Below are positions 9,914-22,447 of a stretch of 64,000 nucleotides of DNA, one piece after another; the stretch's first letter is position 1; each line of letters starts with the position of its first letter. A program made the translations under genes and the position numbers. This DNA is from Bilabrum cf. latius (Eukaryota), in assembly GCA_965178125.1 (NCBI GenBank), contig OZ237769.1:496001-560000 (forward strand). The letters run 5' to 3'. The notes below the pieces were generated by a model. The model was not told where the DNA came from, ran no database searches, and saw nothing but the letters and a program-made list of their open reading frames with translations.

Positions 9914-12900
9914 CCCCAGCGTCATCCTCGTATATGACCCCATCCGCCCCACCAGGCCCCCCTCCCTCCTCTCCGTCCTCAGCGTCCCCCTGCAGGTCAC
10001 CCATGTCCACGTCCCCGTCCACGCCACCGTCCTCCCACTGCCCGCCCCCACCTCCTCCCATCCAATCGTCCCAGCCACCCTCACCGTCTCCCCCCTGCCC
10101 CTGTCCCCGCGCCCTCTCCCCCACCTCGGATGCGTCGATCAACGCCCGCGCCATGGACTGCCCCACCGCCACGGGAAGGGGCAGCTGCTGCTTCCTGGGA
10201 GGCCTCTCGCGGGCTGCTGTCCTCGTCCGCACACCCCCAGCTCCGCCCCCGCGTTCACCACCCCCACCACCTTCAAAGATCTCGTCGCCCTCCACGCGCA
10301 CCCCCCTCGCCGCCTCCACCACCCCGGGTACCTCCAGCAGAGCCGACACCCCAGCACACGCCAGCATCAGCGAAAAATCGCCCGAGATGTCCGGCAAGCC
10401 CTCCGCCGCGGCCACGAGCACGGCGGGCAGCAGCGGCCTGCACGCCTTGCCCGCCGCGCGCATCGCCGCCTCCATCGGGTCCTTCTCCCCGCGGCGCAGT
10501 GCCTCCTGCACCGCCCCCTCCGGCGGAACCACGGCGCCGCGAAGCAGGGACACCACCGCCTTGGGCCGCTGGGCCGCCGCCGTGAAGAGGATGGCCGCCG
10601 CGTACTGCTTGGCCAGGTGCATGCGGCACAGCACGAACTGACGGGCGGCCAGCAGCACCACGCTCGAGGCGGCCTCGGCCCCTACGCTGGGGAACAAGGG
10701 CCCGCCCACAGCCAGGCCCAGGGACCGCGCGGAGAAGAGCCGGTCCTGCTCCTACACGATCCTCGGGCGCAGCGAGCGAAGCACCCACCGAGCGGCCGTA
10801 GCGGGGAAGGGCGCTGCACCAGCGGGGGTGGGCAAAGTGGCCTTGGCGCAAGCCTCGGGAGAGGCATATGCGAGAGCTGCCACTGCATCCGCCGCCGCCC
10901 GATCGATGGAGGGGTCCTCCCCCGCCAGCGCAGGGCGCACCGCCTCGCAGACTGCCTTGGCCAGAGGACCCGGAGTGGGCCTGGGCCCGTGGTGCACGAG
11001 TCCTCGCAGGAGGTCGATGGCCTGCTGCCCGGGGCCCGAGAGGGTGGGGTCTGGCAGCCTCCGGACGATGGCCTGCACGGCCGGCATGAGGATGGGCGCC
11101 GCTCTACCCACCCCCTGCGGGGATGCCAGCACGATCAGCGCGGCGATGGCATAGCTGGACTCGCTCCCAAGGTCCGGGTCCTCCTGGAAGCGGGTCCACA
11201 CGCCCACGGCCGTGCGCATCAAAGGCTCCATCTGCTTCTCGGCCTCCTCTGGCGCGGCCTGGGCCGCCCGCGTGAGCGTGCTGACCAGCTGCGGCAGCGC
11301 CCCCCTCGCCGTCCTGGGCACAAGCGCGGTGAGCCTGCGGATGATCTCGGGCACCAGCGGCCGCATGCTCTCATCCCCCATGCCCTTGAGGAAACGACTC
11401 AGCGCCTCGGCCGCGCCCGCCCGCACCATCAGCGGCACTGTGGGGGCCAGTGCCCCAACCGCCTGCTTGGCGAACCGCTCGCTCTCGGCCTTGGGCAGGG
11501 CCCGCGCGTGCCTGGATGCGCACCAGAGCGCCCGCCCCCGCAGGTGGGCCAGCGCCGCGGGGCCGCGGGGGTCTCCCGGCGCCCTGTCCGTTGAGTCTCC
11601 TGCCGGTCCACCGGATGGGGGCTCCACCACTTTGGACACCCCGTCGATGCTGGCGGAGGCGGTGCATTTGAGTCGGGCGGGACCCGCCAGCGCCGCCTGC
11701 AGGTACCTGCTTAGGAGCGTGGGGGAGAGTGCGATGGGAGGCAGCCTGGGCCCTTTCCCATCCGGGGCCCCACCACTACCGCTGTTGCTACCGCTGGCCC
11801 CCTCGATCATGCCCCTGCGGCCCCACGCCCTCCGCAGCCGCTTGGCCACCGCCCCCAGGAGGAACATCCCGGCCTCGTGCACCTTCCAAGCCCGGCCCGC
11901 GGCGGCCATGGGCGCCCCAGGGGCCACCCGCTTGCCCACTGCCCCAAGCAGCGCGGCAGACCCCGCGTCCTCGCTGTACACCAGGGCCTGCTTCAGAGCA
12001 TCGGAGCACGCCTGCCGCACGGACCCGTCTCCCATCTGCTCCGCGTCGGAGGCGGCAAACTCGTCCGCGTCCCCGTCGGCCTCGAGGGACCCGTCCCGCA
12101 GCTGGGCGTACACCAGCAGCATCCCGCACAGGGGCTCCAGCTGGGGCCGGAGGGCAGCCTGCACGGACCGTCGGGGCAGCCCAGCCACCGTTGCAATGCA
12201 GTGCAGCCCCTGCGCGGCCAGCACGTCCACCCCGTCCGCATCCGCATCTGCGTCATATTCCACGTCCCACCCGCGGGCCTGCTCCGCCGAGGGAACACCA
12301 CCACCCGTGGTTCCCGATCCGGGGGGCGCGGTCCCTGAGGGAACAAATCGAACGTTCGCCAGTTCCTCGGGCCCCATCGCCCTGTCCTCCACCTCTAGTC
12401 GCACGTACAGGGGGGCAAGGCACCGCAAGAAGCCCACCGCCGCGGCGAGTATCCTGACGAGCAGCTTCTTCACGGAGCAGTGCTGCTCGAGCGAGTGCGC
12501 GGCGAACTGCAGAAAAGCCAGGGCGTCCCTCTTCTCCCCTGCCTGGGCGGGCAGCAGACCGGTGCACTGCAGGGACTGCGCCGCCTGGCCCGCCACCTCC
12601 ACCAGGGCCCTCCGTAGTAGCTCCTTCGCCTCCTTGTTCCCGCGTGCTCCCCCCGCTGCACCAGCACCCCCGCCGCCCATGCCCATGCCCATCTGCATGG
12701 CCTCCATGATCCCCCCGCTGGCCCTCAACTCCAGCTGGTCCAGCACGCTCCTCACGATGCGGAACACCCTGGCTCTGAGGCGGGGAGAGGCCGCCCCGGG
12801 GCCAGCACCCAGCACCTTGACGCACTCCGGGAGGAGGGCCTGCCCCGCCCGCAGTGCTGTGTCGGGGTCCATGTCCTGGGCGTAGTACTGCAGGCAGCGC

Positions 12901-13525
12901 CAGCCGCCGTCCTGTATGAGCCGGCGATCCATGGGACTGGCGCTCGAGGGGGCGGCCTGTCCTGTGGCGCAGCGCATTAGTTGTGGGATAAAGGTGGGCC
13001 ACTGCTCGGGCCACTCCTGGGCTCCGATGGATGCTAGAGCCCTGGCCTGCGAAGTGCAGCTCAAGAGCAAGGGCATGGCATGGCACGATAACGCGTTTCG
13101 GAGCGCATGTTCGCGCGCAGCAAAATAGCATTGGGCGTTTGGAAGTAGCACGTCCTCACTGCAGCAGTTCGAAGTCTTAACTGTGGGTCAGCAAGCAGCT
13201 TCGGTAGCGTCTACCGGATGTACTGCTTCGACGGCGGCGGGACCGGAACGACTTCTCCAGTCGTGGCTTCTTCGCTGCCGGGCAGAACCCCCCAACGCTG
13301 TGTCACAATTACATTCCGCAGCATAGATAGCGCTACTTGCTTCGCTTGCATCGGAACGGAAGGCTGTGCAGCGATTTCCATGAATACCCGGGCGCCGCCG
13401 TTCGAGGCAGCGAACCGCGTGAGTCGCTGTTCTGCTGCTTCTAATGGCTCGTCGATTGGATTTAAGAACTTCTTCATGGCATCTACGACCATTGGAATCG
13501 ATACTTGGCCCCCATGGCCCGCCAT
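9420..13525 (-). CDS. IPO9: Importin-9-like karyopherin-beta (HEAT repeats); exons 13525-13160, 13046-9420; in-frame TAG at 13211, 10752, 9825
   Basis: IBN_N-like start (LEAAEQRL..., KQYIR(TAG)TLPKLLADPQLRLRTAA|ARALASIGAQEWPEQWP), plus SVRQACSDAL, WKVHEAGMFLLG and LRGRALWCAS matching importin-9 motifs. Acidic C-terminal loop, TGA stop. Confidence 0.85.
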
Positions 13526-13906
13526 TCTCGGCCTGTTTGTGCAGTTGCCGTGGGCCAACACAATTCGCGGCTCCGGGTAGCGCAGCTCGACAAGGCCCGT
13601 GTGAGTTCTTACTGCAGCATCGCGTGCGGCACCTAGCCGCGAAATTGCAAGGCGGTGCATGGTGTCGCACTCTGTGCCCTGCGACACGAGTGCCGCATAG
13701 ATTTGCGACGAGTGCGTGGGTGGACGGTCTACAAATACATGCGCGCCGAGCAATCATCTGCCTCCATAGGTGCGAGACCCTTTCCCCTCACATTGAAGCC
13801 CCCGTAATCCCAAAATCCCCCACCCACACGGCCCGCTGCAGATTCAGAGACGGAATCGAAACACGACCCTACCATGACCACTGGCCCTGCGCTCCCACGG
13901 ATGCCA

Positions 13907-15207
13907 TCAGCAGGCGCACCCCCCTCCACCTCCCGCCTTGGCCCCCTTCTCCACCTTGACCTTGTCCCTGTCCTTGTCCCTGCTCTTGCCCCGCTTGCCC
14001 TTGCTTGCCGCGGGCATCTGGTCCATGGCCATGGTGGCCACGCACTGGAAGGCGGCATCCACGTTCACCCCCGTCTTGGCACTCGTCTCGAAGAAGGGCA
14101 CGTTGAACCTCTCCGCCAGCCGCTTCCCGTCGTCCGTGCTGACCGCCCTCCTCTCCGCCGGGAGGTCGCACTTGTTCCCCACCAGCACGATGGCCACGTG
14201 CTTCTCCGCCAGCGACTGGATCTCGCCCATCCAGTGCTGCACGCTGTCGAACGTCTCCTGGTTGGACACGTCGTACACCAGCACCACGCTGTGCGCCCCC
14301 CGGAAGTAGGATCGAGTGATGGTGCGGAAGCGCTCCTGCCCCGCCGTGTCCCACATCTGCATCTTGACTGTCTTCTGCTCCGGGGGCTCGCCCACCTGGA
14401 TGAACTTGATCTTGAAATCGATCCCGATCGTGGTGATGAACTGTGTGGCGAACTGGTCTTCGGCGTCTGCGAGTGCGAGAGTTGAGACGGGAGCTGGAGA
14501 CAGGCACGGGGTGGTGAGCAAAGACTGGCGATGATGCGTATGCGGCAGGCGTGATTACCAGCGAGTCGCACGGAGGAGGGAAGAGGGGGCATCTCCCGGC
14601 AGCGAGCGCCAGTGCTCCTTGCTCGCGCCTTAGAGACCAGCTGGACGTGCTGGTGCCACGCATTCTAAGGTATCTGTCTAAACAATCCAACTATGCTATC
14701 GCTCACATCGCATCAGCAAACAAGTCTTCCCGACAGCTGCGAGGAGAAACACAGCAAGCACCTGTTTGCACGGCGACGCGTCGGGGGGCGAGAAGCATCT
14801 GAAGACAGCGCTGGCGAACTCTAGTAGGTACGGTCTTAATAAATGCGCAAGTTTACACCAGTTGTAGCCACGACCTGCTGGACCCCACGACACAGCCGAG
14901 GGATATTCGCTGGGACTTCTGTGCAGTCACTCGCTCTGCCGAGGACCGCGGCCGGTGGCTCACCGCCTGCCGCTACCCGCACCAGCAGCCGGCACACCAG
15001 CAATCACGAGCGATGCAACCAAACGAACTCAGCTGAGGAGTACTTCCTGGTGCGTTCAACTCCAGGCCGCTGACCAGTCGAACGTTGACGCCGCGGCCAA
15101 TAGGCATCCAATCCCGAATCAAGCAAAGACTCACCGCTATCTCCAATTGTTAGTACCTTGATCAATGCATCGTGGTGTTTAGAACCACCGCCAGCGACGC
15201 CTGCCAT
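13907..15207 (-). CDS. RAB8: Rab8/RabE-like small GTPase; exons 15207-15135, 14736-14707, 14466-13907
   Basis: Spliced product has [65 protein letters not shown] and a C-terminal CAC geranylgeranylation motif. TGA stop. Confidence 0.93.
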
Positions 15208-15534
15208 AATCAACTACCTGTTCCAGACCTTTCCACGATATATTTACACAGCGAGCTTGGACCCTAACGGACCGAAACTCAAGATTTGTCTGCCCTACCC
15301 GGGCTAGCAAGTATGAATAGTTGCCGAATACCTGAGTTTATCGGGCACTGACCAGCTTGGTTCGAGATTCCAGCCCAAAGTACCAGTCTGCGCAAGCATG
15401 GTTTCGGGCGCCGCGCGTCTTGGAAAAAAGCGGAACTAGCTGGTTCGATTCGCGACGGTTTGGACGAGCACGAAAGGGCGACAAGTAATCGTTGATTTGC
15501 TGCGAATTCGCATCGAATACGCATTTTAAGTATA
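15208..15534. promoter_or_regulatory. Putative bidirectional promoter region between the Rab8-like and NPL4-like genes
   Basis: Divergent starts ~330 bp apart in lower-GC DNA. Confidence 0.45.
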
Positions 15535-17205
15535 ATGTCCGGGTCTCCGGGAGGGCTGACCCTTCGGTTCAGAACAAAGGTCGGTACATGGCGTGCTAAG
15601 CAGATTTCTATCGACAGGTCCATTGGTTCCATCAAAACGCAGCTTGCCGATGAGCATGGCGTGCCGGCAGACGCGATGGAAGTGGCAACGAGGCGCGGGG
15701 GAGATCCTGTGGATGACGCTGCCACAGTGTCTCAGCTCGGATTGCGCGACGGCCACATGTTTTTCGTGAAACTGAGCGCAGATCCTGCTCCCTCTGGCGT
15801 AGCACCCGGTGCTACCAGCGCGGCGGCTGCGCGACCCGGAGCATCCGGCCGTGCCGGTGATGCAAGCACCACTTCGGCCGCTGCCGGCAAGATGCGTCGC
15901 CGCATCGGCAAGGACGGCCGGGTGGAGATGGTGCCCGTGGACGAGGCCGACGGAGCACCCGCAGCTGCTAGCAGTGGACCCGCTAGCGGAGCCGGGGCGG
16001 ACAATCCACCTGGCGGTACGCCCGGCAGCTCCTCCGCCGCTCCCTCCGGCTCTGCCCCCTCCGGCAGCAGCGACGCCTCCTTCCGCCCCGGCATGAAGTC
16101 CCTGCGCGCCATCAAGAAGCACTGGACCCTCACGGAGATGACCGACCTGCAGAAGGCGCTAGAGTTCAAGGTGCAGCACCAGAAAGAGGCGGACTGCAAG
16201 AAGCTCTGGCTAGACGCGGAGGCTGCCGCGGGGTTCGTCGCGTACGCGCAGGGGCTCGCGTTCCAGCAGCGAAGGTTCGCCCACCTGTTGGGGTTCTTCA
16301 CGGATGACGACGAGGCCGTGGCGGTGGCCATGTACGAGCCCCCGCAGGAGGGGAGCAGCGAGCAGCTGGTGCTGCTGCCCGACCACAGGCAGGCCGCAGT
16401 CACGAGGACGGCCGACCTGCTGGGCATGCAGCGGATCGGGGTGGCGTTCACGCACCCACCCAGGGAAGCGAGCGGGATGCCCTTCACGGGGGAGGAGCTG
16501 TGCATGTGCGCGAGGGCGAGGGTGGAGGCGGGCAGCCCCGCGGGGTTCGTGGTGGCCCGCGTGACAGTGGAGACTGCACCCCCCCGGGCCGGTCAGGCGC
16601 ACCTGGACGCCTTCCAGCTGTCGCGGCAGTGCGACGTGATGTTCCGCAAAGGCGCCATCCGCCCGGTGGCGCCCTCAGAGATGGAGGCGGCCCGGGCCGA
16701 GGCTGCCAGGGCACAGGCTGAGCGGGAGGAGGAGGAGAAGAAGAAGGCGCTGCGGGGTGCGGCCGGGGCGGCCGACACCGAGATGCAGAAGAAGAAGAAG
16801 GGCGAGCTGGAGGTGAACCGCGCCCCCGAGTACTGCGTGCAGATGGACAGCCGCTTCAAGGCCATTGTGGAGGGCAAGTACTCGGAGAGGGTGCCCGTGG
16901 GATACCTCATCAAGCCCATCGCGGTGGGGCAGGAGACGTACTTCCTGCACTCCAAGTTCCCGGTCGCGGCCCGCAAGGCAGCGCAGGGGGCCTTGGTGGG
17001 CCTGCCTGACCTGCGGCGGCACCTTCGGGGCAAGAAGGGGGAGGCCCTCGTGGAGGCACTGAGAGACTTTGAGGCGCTCGTGTGCATGGCCACCACGGAT
17101 GTCGGGCCGGAGGTGCTGCCGGATCTCTGCGACTCTGTGCTGGACCCTGACAGGGCGCTGCAGGAGGGACACGAGCTGCTCATCCAGACCGTGCTGCAGT
17201 CGTGA
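15535..17205 (+). CDS. NPL4: NPL4-like Cdc48/p97 cofactor (UBL + MPN-like domain), intronless
   Basis: N-terminal ubiquitin-like fold (LRFRTKVGTWR...TVSQLGLRDGHMFFV); FQQRRFAHLLG, AMYEPPQEG, LLGMQRIGVAFTH and AFQLSRQC, as in plant-type NPL4. 556 aa, TGA stop. Confidence 0.88.
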   Translation: MSGSPGGLTLRFRTKVGTWRAKQISIDRSIGSIKTQLADEHGVPADAMEVATRRGGDPVDDAATVSQLGLRDGHMFFVKLSADPAPSGVAPGATSAAAARPGASGRAGDASTTSAAAGKMRRRIGKDGRVEMVPVDEADGAPAAASSGPASGAGADNPPGGTPGSSSAAPSGSAPSGSSDASFRPGMKSLRAIKKHWTLTEMTDLQKALEFKVQHQKEADCKKLWLDAEAAAGFVAYAQGLAFQQRRFAHLLGFFTDDDEAVAVAMYEPPQEGSSEQLVLLPDHRQAAVTRTADLLGMQRIGVAFTHPPREASGMPFTGEELCMCARARVEAGSPAGFVVARVTVETAPPRAGQAHLDAFQLSRQCDVMFRKGAIRPVAPSEMEAARAEAARAQAEREEEEKKKALRGAAGAADTEMQKKKKGELEVNRAPEYCVQMDSRFKAIVEGKYSERVPVGYLIKPIAVGQETYFLHSKFPVAARKAAQGALVGLPDLRRHLRGKKGEALVEALRDFEALVCMATTDVGPEVLPDLCDSVLDPDRALQEGHELLIQTVLQS

Positions 17206-18219
17206 GTATGTATTGTGGTACGACTACGGCTGGGGCAGCCCGTACCGAACGCAGAGAAAAATGAATACGTGAATTTAGCAAGGTAGTTGAAGAGCCGACG
17301 CTGCCGCACTGGTGGAGTTGGCCTGGGGCGCCCTATATGTGGGGCAGCTACCAGGTTCCAGCCCCCGTGCGGTATTCGCCCTTGTCCCGAGATGCTGTGG
17401 AAAAAGCCTGAGTAGGCCCGCAGCCACCGCGACGAGATGCTGCGTAATGGTTCTTTTTATTTTTTAACCCCAACCGAGCTTTTCTCGAGGGAAGCCGGCC
17501 CGGCGGAGGCACTTGTTGACAATGTAGAGCTAGAATCCTCCAGAAGTTCTCTTGATTCAATGATATGGTGAAATGGCATCGCCACATCCGTAACAATCAT
17601 GTTCAGCATAATTTATGTTGGTGCCAATCCCCCTCTAATCGTGCTTTGGATGGCACTGGAGGAATGCTGTGTTTGTGTCCCGCGCGTTGACTAGTAGCGT
17701 CGGGCATTGTCGCATGCGCTAGTTGATCAATAACTATGTCGTTGGTGCAGCTCAGGGGCTAATATATATCAATGTTAAATGATCGTGATGCCGTATGCTG
17801 CACTTTGGCGATGGTTTGATCGGTATGGTCGTCGAGAACAGGACGTTAGCGAGGCCAAGCAAATGAATTTCCGAAGCTCGCATGAGTAGCTGCCTGTGAC
17901 TCAAACACGACCATTTATATAGCGGGATACCATGATTTATTCTTCGCTGCATCGCCGGGCGTGTTTGTTGGGCCAACGCGCCCAGGGCATGGCGTTCCTC
18001 ACCGGCACTTGCAGCGGGTGCATTCAGCGCTCAGGCTGGCAGGGAGTCCGAGCTGGATCTACCAATCCGAATATAAGAATCCATCTCTCCATTCGAAGAG
18101 CTGGCACCACTGTGCTGGCGGGCCCAGCCCCATTTTCGAGCACAAATTCATAGAACTCGTGCTCCCGGGGTTGAGCCCGACACAAACTGGCACAGGGGTT
18201 TGGGAGCCAATGGGAGGTG

Positions 18220-18755
18220 TTAGTAGTGGCAGCTCCGCAGAAACGGGGCGCTTCTACCGCCACCCAGTCTCGGTTCCCTGGCCTCGAGTTCTTTTTGGAC
18301 CACACGGGCGATGACATGCACTGCCATCTACTAGAGGTAGTTCTTTAATTCTGGATTCTCTTGCAGTATTGTCCTATCATCATCACCCACCACCTCAGAT
18401 CTCGCCAAACCCTCTTCCAACGCTTGGACTCTGTGGCACTCATCGAGACTCCCGAGTTCACTGAGGATGATGACCCAGAAGTACCGATACCCCCGCCATG
18501 GTGAGAGTGTTGTGCAGCTAGGGCTCCTGGATCCTCGGGCTCGATCTCTTGAGGAGGTGCTTCGCCAGGGATACCAGCTGCAGCTGGTCCTTCCTAGGCT
18601 CCGTTCTGCGCGTTGAGTACGACCTGTATTACTACCTGTTGCTTGTCGGCTTCAGCGCTTCGGCCTGCTCGATGGCTGCTGAGAGTGCTGCGGTATCTCC
18701 CACTTCATGCCATCCTCCCTCGTTCTACGGAATCCTGTGGTGGTATTCTATGAAT
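18220..18755 (-). pseudogene. Possible degenerate coding fragment with at least two frameshifts
   Basis: Protein-like segments in shifting frames: EGGWHEVGDTAALSAAIEQAE / KQQVVIQVVLNAQ / DDDRTILQENPELKNYL(TAG)(TAG)MAVHVIARVVQKELEARE. No single intact frame and no confident family. Confidence 0.3.
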
Positions 18756-19314
18756 GGTTAAACTTCTAACTCGGGCCGAAGAGCCGACGGTACTGCATGC
18801 AAGGCAAGGAAGGACCTGAGCACTCCCCTCAGGGGGCGTTGACCCAGGTCCGAGCCTGTGTGTGGCGACACCCACCCGCCTCGTGCCAGAACAGGACTGT
18901 CGTGAAATGAAGCCCTAAAAGCTGCACGACCGGGTTTATCCTCTGGATACGTTAGCGTTCTTTTTGGTGCATTCCGCCGTTAGCCCGTGTTCTTGCATAT
19001 CCATCTCCGACGCCTGATTATGCACCGATGCCGTGGATTATGCCTCGATACCGTGGAAACTTGTGTATGTATTCAACTCGGCGTTCGCAGCTTTTTGTAT
19101 TAGACTTCGCTGGAGGGAGTGCTGGGATGACTAGTCTTGGAGCTAGGCATTTGTGATTTGGTGCAAATATATAAGAATTGGAGGTAAGGTGCACAAAAAT
19201 GACAGCAAAAGAACCTTCGCAAACGAGGTCGCTGAAGAAATTTTTGGATTCTGCTCGCTGAGATCTGTCGATTGGTGCCCTCAGATCGTATATATATACA
19301 TTTCCCTTAGAGAT

Positions 19315-19385
19315 ATCTAGGGTGCGCCTATGGGCCTATTTCAGAGGCCCGCGCACCCAAGGCGCACCCAAGGCGCACCCTAGAT
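19315..19385. repeat. 14-bp perfect inverted repeat with an inner stem and an 11-bp unit triplication
   Basis: ATCTAGGGTGCGCC (19315-19328) pairs with GGCGCACCCTAGAT (19372-19385). Inner GGGCCT/AGGCCC stem. GCGCACCC(A/T)AG occurs three times from 19351. Confidence 0.8.
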
Positions 19386-19894
19386 CGCTGTGAGGTCTGC
19401 AGCATCTCCTACCGCGGATGTGTTTTTCAGGGGTTCCGGAGTCCATCGAAAAGATCGAGCCCCTGACTTTGATAATCTCGGGGTGCTAAGGAAATGTCCG
19501 GGTTCTTTTATGGCGCAATGCCGTTCTTACCTGTGCACTCGGAACGAGTTTGGTCGACCTCCGGACCAAGCGCATGCTCTAATTTCTATTGCATTTAAGT
19601 AGTATGCGTCTTCTACCTTCACACCCGGCGCAAGAATATTGCCATTGGAATATATGATAATTAATTGCAGATGCCAGCTAGAAACTTGAGACGTGGCTTT
19701 TGCAGCTGTGGGCAGTGTAGTCTCCTGCCCAAGTAGGGATGCTCCAGAAATGTGGAGGCTCAATGGTCATGAGGCGTCGATCTCAACTAAGCCCGCAGAA
19801 TGTATCCGGTGCTCGCAGCTCGCCCGACTTCTGACTGATAGCCTCAAGCCATGCTAGCCCTGCTCGCACGGCATGCCCCAATCCCAATGCGCCC

Positions 19895-22153
19895 TCACAA
19901 GACCCTCAGCACCTCCACGTCGAACTCCAAGCCGGAATTGGGCGGCACGGGACCTGCCCCCGCCCTCCCGTAGGCCATGGACGGAGGGCACCGCACCGTG
20001 GCCTTGCCCCCCACTCTCAGGTGCTTGATGGCCTCGTCCAGCCCCTTGACCACGGCCCCCGCCCCAACCCGGAACTTGAGCGACTCACCCCGGTCTACCA
20101 CCTTGCCAGAGGGCAGCCGGGTCACGTACTTGATGGCCACCCGCCGTCCAGAGGCCACCTTGGCGCCCATGCCCACGGCCTTGTTCACCCACTTGACCCC
20201 CCCCCTGCCCTCGTGCTCCGGTGGCACGGCCGCGCCCCTGTCCTTCCTGGCCTTCTTGCTCGCCGGGGGCGCCTCCTGCCCTTGCTCCCCGTCCTTGTCC
20301 TTGCCCACCTTCTTCCCACGCTTGCTCTTCCTCTTTGCCCGGGCGTCTTCTTGTTCCCTGGCCCGCTCCGCCGCCCGCGCGTCCCTCTCCTCATTCGCCA
20401 GCCGCTGCTCCAGCACGGCTGCCTCCTCCTCCTGCTCGTCCCCGCCCGCAGACAGCTGGCCCCTTCCACGCTTCCTGCCACGCGCGGCCGTGGCTGCAGC
20501 TGCCGCTGCCCTGGCGCCTTCTAGTGCCTCCCTCTGCTTCGCCTCGTCTTCCTCTCTCTTCTTCTTCAGAGCTAGCAGCCTCTCTGCTTTCCTGAGGGCA
20601 AGCCGCTCCGCACGTGTGCGTTTCTTGCCAGCCCCCGCTGCTTGCTGCTGCTGCTGCTACTGCTGCTGCTCCTCACCATCCTCCTCGGCCCCCTTGCCCT
20701 TGCACTTGCCTTTGTTCTGCCCTCGTGTCTTGCTGACAGGGCCCTTGGCTCCCCTCCGACCCTTGCCCCCACTCGCCGGGGTGGGCGCCGCAGTGCTGGA
20801 ACTAGAACCGGCTGCCTGTCTCTGCCTTTGACTCTGCGATTGCCGCGCTGCCTGTTTTGCATTAACTTCATCCTCGTCCTCATCCTCATCCTCATCCTGA
20901 TCGCTATCGTCGTCACCTACACCCCCATCCCCATCGCTCGCGAATGCTGCCACCCAGTCCTGGTCCTCGTCTTCGTCCTCGTCCTCGTCGCCACGAGCAG
21001 GCCTGCCCTTCCCTCCACGGGCCCCCTCGCCCCCCCTCTATCTCTTGTTCCTCACTCCCCTCCCCCCCGAGGCCCGATCCACCTGGTCTTCCTCCTCCCC
21101 TTCAAGCAGCACGCCTGCCAGAGCAGCAGCCACGCCCTCGCCGAACTCTTCCCGGATGCTCGCTGCCAGATCCAGTCCGCCAGAGGCAGCGTCCAGCACC
21201 AGCACGTCCGTCGGGGACCCAGGCCCAGCGACAGCACCTGCCCCGCCCGCACCACCCTCCTCCTCCTCGTCATCCTCATCGTCGCTGCCCCCACCCACAG
21301 CGAGGACCCCCATCACGTCCACCTCCTCGTCCTCGTCCCCACCCACCATGCCCGAGCTCCCCTCCCCACCGCCCTTCTTCCCCGATCCAGTCCCCGCCCC
21401 CGCCCCCGCACCTCTAAGGTACTCGTCAAAGAACCGGTCCACCTTTTCCTCGGAGGCGGGAGGCCTGGCCAGGTGCATGATGCCACCCACCTCCTCCTTG
21501 TCTTGCTCATCGCTCGCCTCAGAGTCCGTGGCGTGGTTGTCCAATCCTTCTTCTTCTCCATCGTCGTCCTCGCTGGAAGTGGCTGGGGCACTGGCAAACA
21601 CGCCGTCTCCTGCCCCGCTGCTGCCCTCGGAATCGTCGGAGGACGAGGACGATGCCGTGGCGCTGCTGCTGTTGCTGCTGTTGCTGCTCGGGCTGCCCTC
21701 CTCGGCCTGCATTGCGACGCTAGCGCCATTTTCAGGAACATCGTCGTCGTCGAGCTCTGCCATTTTATTCAAATCAAGCGTGATGGTGCCCGTGATGTCC
21801 ACGAACGCCTTGCTGCGTGAGGATGCTGAGCCCTTGGCGCTGGGGATCTAGAGGGCAAACTCTACCCATTTGTCCTCCTCTCCGAATGATGCGCGAGAGG
21901 GAAACGACGGAGTGCCGGCAGTCAATGTGGCAATTACTCTGGGTGCTTCCTCCATCGCGGTTTCGGCGAACACATACGCGAGAGGGGGCAAGCTAGCGCT
22001 TGTGCTCTGCTTGCCGTCTGTTGCAATGGCGAGACACGCACTCTCCAATTGCAGCTAAACCCCATCGAGCGAGTACCGTTTGGTTTCACCATTAGTAAGA
22101 TGTAATCCAAAAAAATGTTCTTCTGCCGGAACGTCTTCATCCAGTCCTTCCAT
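19895..22153 (-). CDS. Nucleolar FKBP (FPR3/FKBP39/FKBP53 type): nucleoplasmin-like N-terminus, acidic and basic tracts, C-terminal FKBP PPIase; intronless, ~752 aa; in-frame TAG at 22055, 21848, 21038, 20657
   Basis: Starts MEGLDEDVPAEEHFFGLHL...(TAG)LQLESACLA and ends GRRVAIKY...FRVGAGAVVKGLDEAIKHLRVGGKATVRCPPSMAYG...PPNSGLEFDVEV. One continuous frame if TAG is sense; TGA stop. Confidence 0.88.
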
Positions 22154-22447
22154 CTCAAGCAATATGGTGGATTCCCAGCGCACTTGCAGTTGCTGTTCCT
22201 CCTTCGGGTTCGCTGTTTGTGCCGAAGGTTCGATTCAGGTTTGATTCGCCAAGCTGGCCTCCAACGACCCACTGCTGCTCTGGTTTGGAGATGTATAAAT
22301 GGCTTTTCTCGATCAATGCCAAATTTAATTGCCAGGTTTACAAAATCAGCGCAACAGTCTACAGATTCGCACCCGCACCCCCAGATCTCGTTCTGGCCGA
22401 CCGGCCGATTTCAAACATGCGAATCAGCAACCACATTTGCTCTGGAC

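Noticed and set aside
9537-12885. Long plus-strand ORFs (685 aa, 557 aa) opposite the importin gene, and similar antisense ORFs at 33353-35248, 37079-39094 and 54955-57842
   Set aside because: These are shadow ORFs of GC-rich coding sequence, low in complexity and without recognisable domains.
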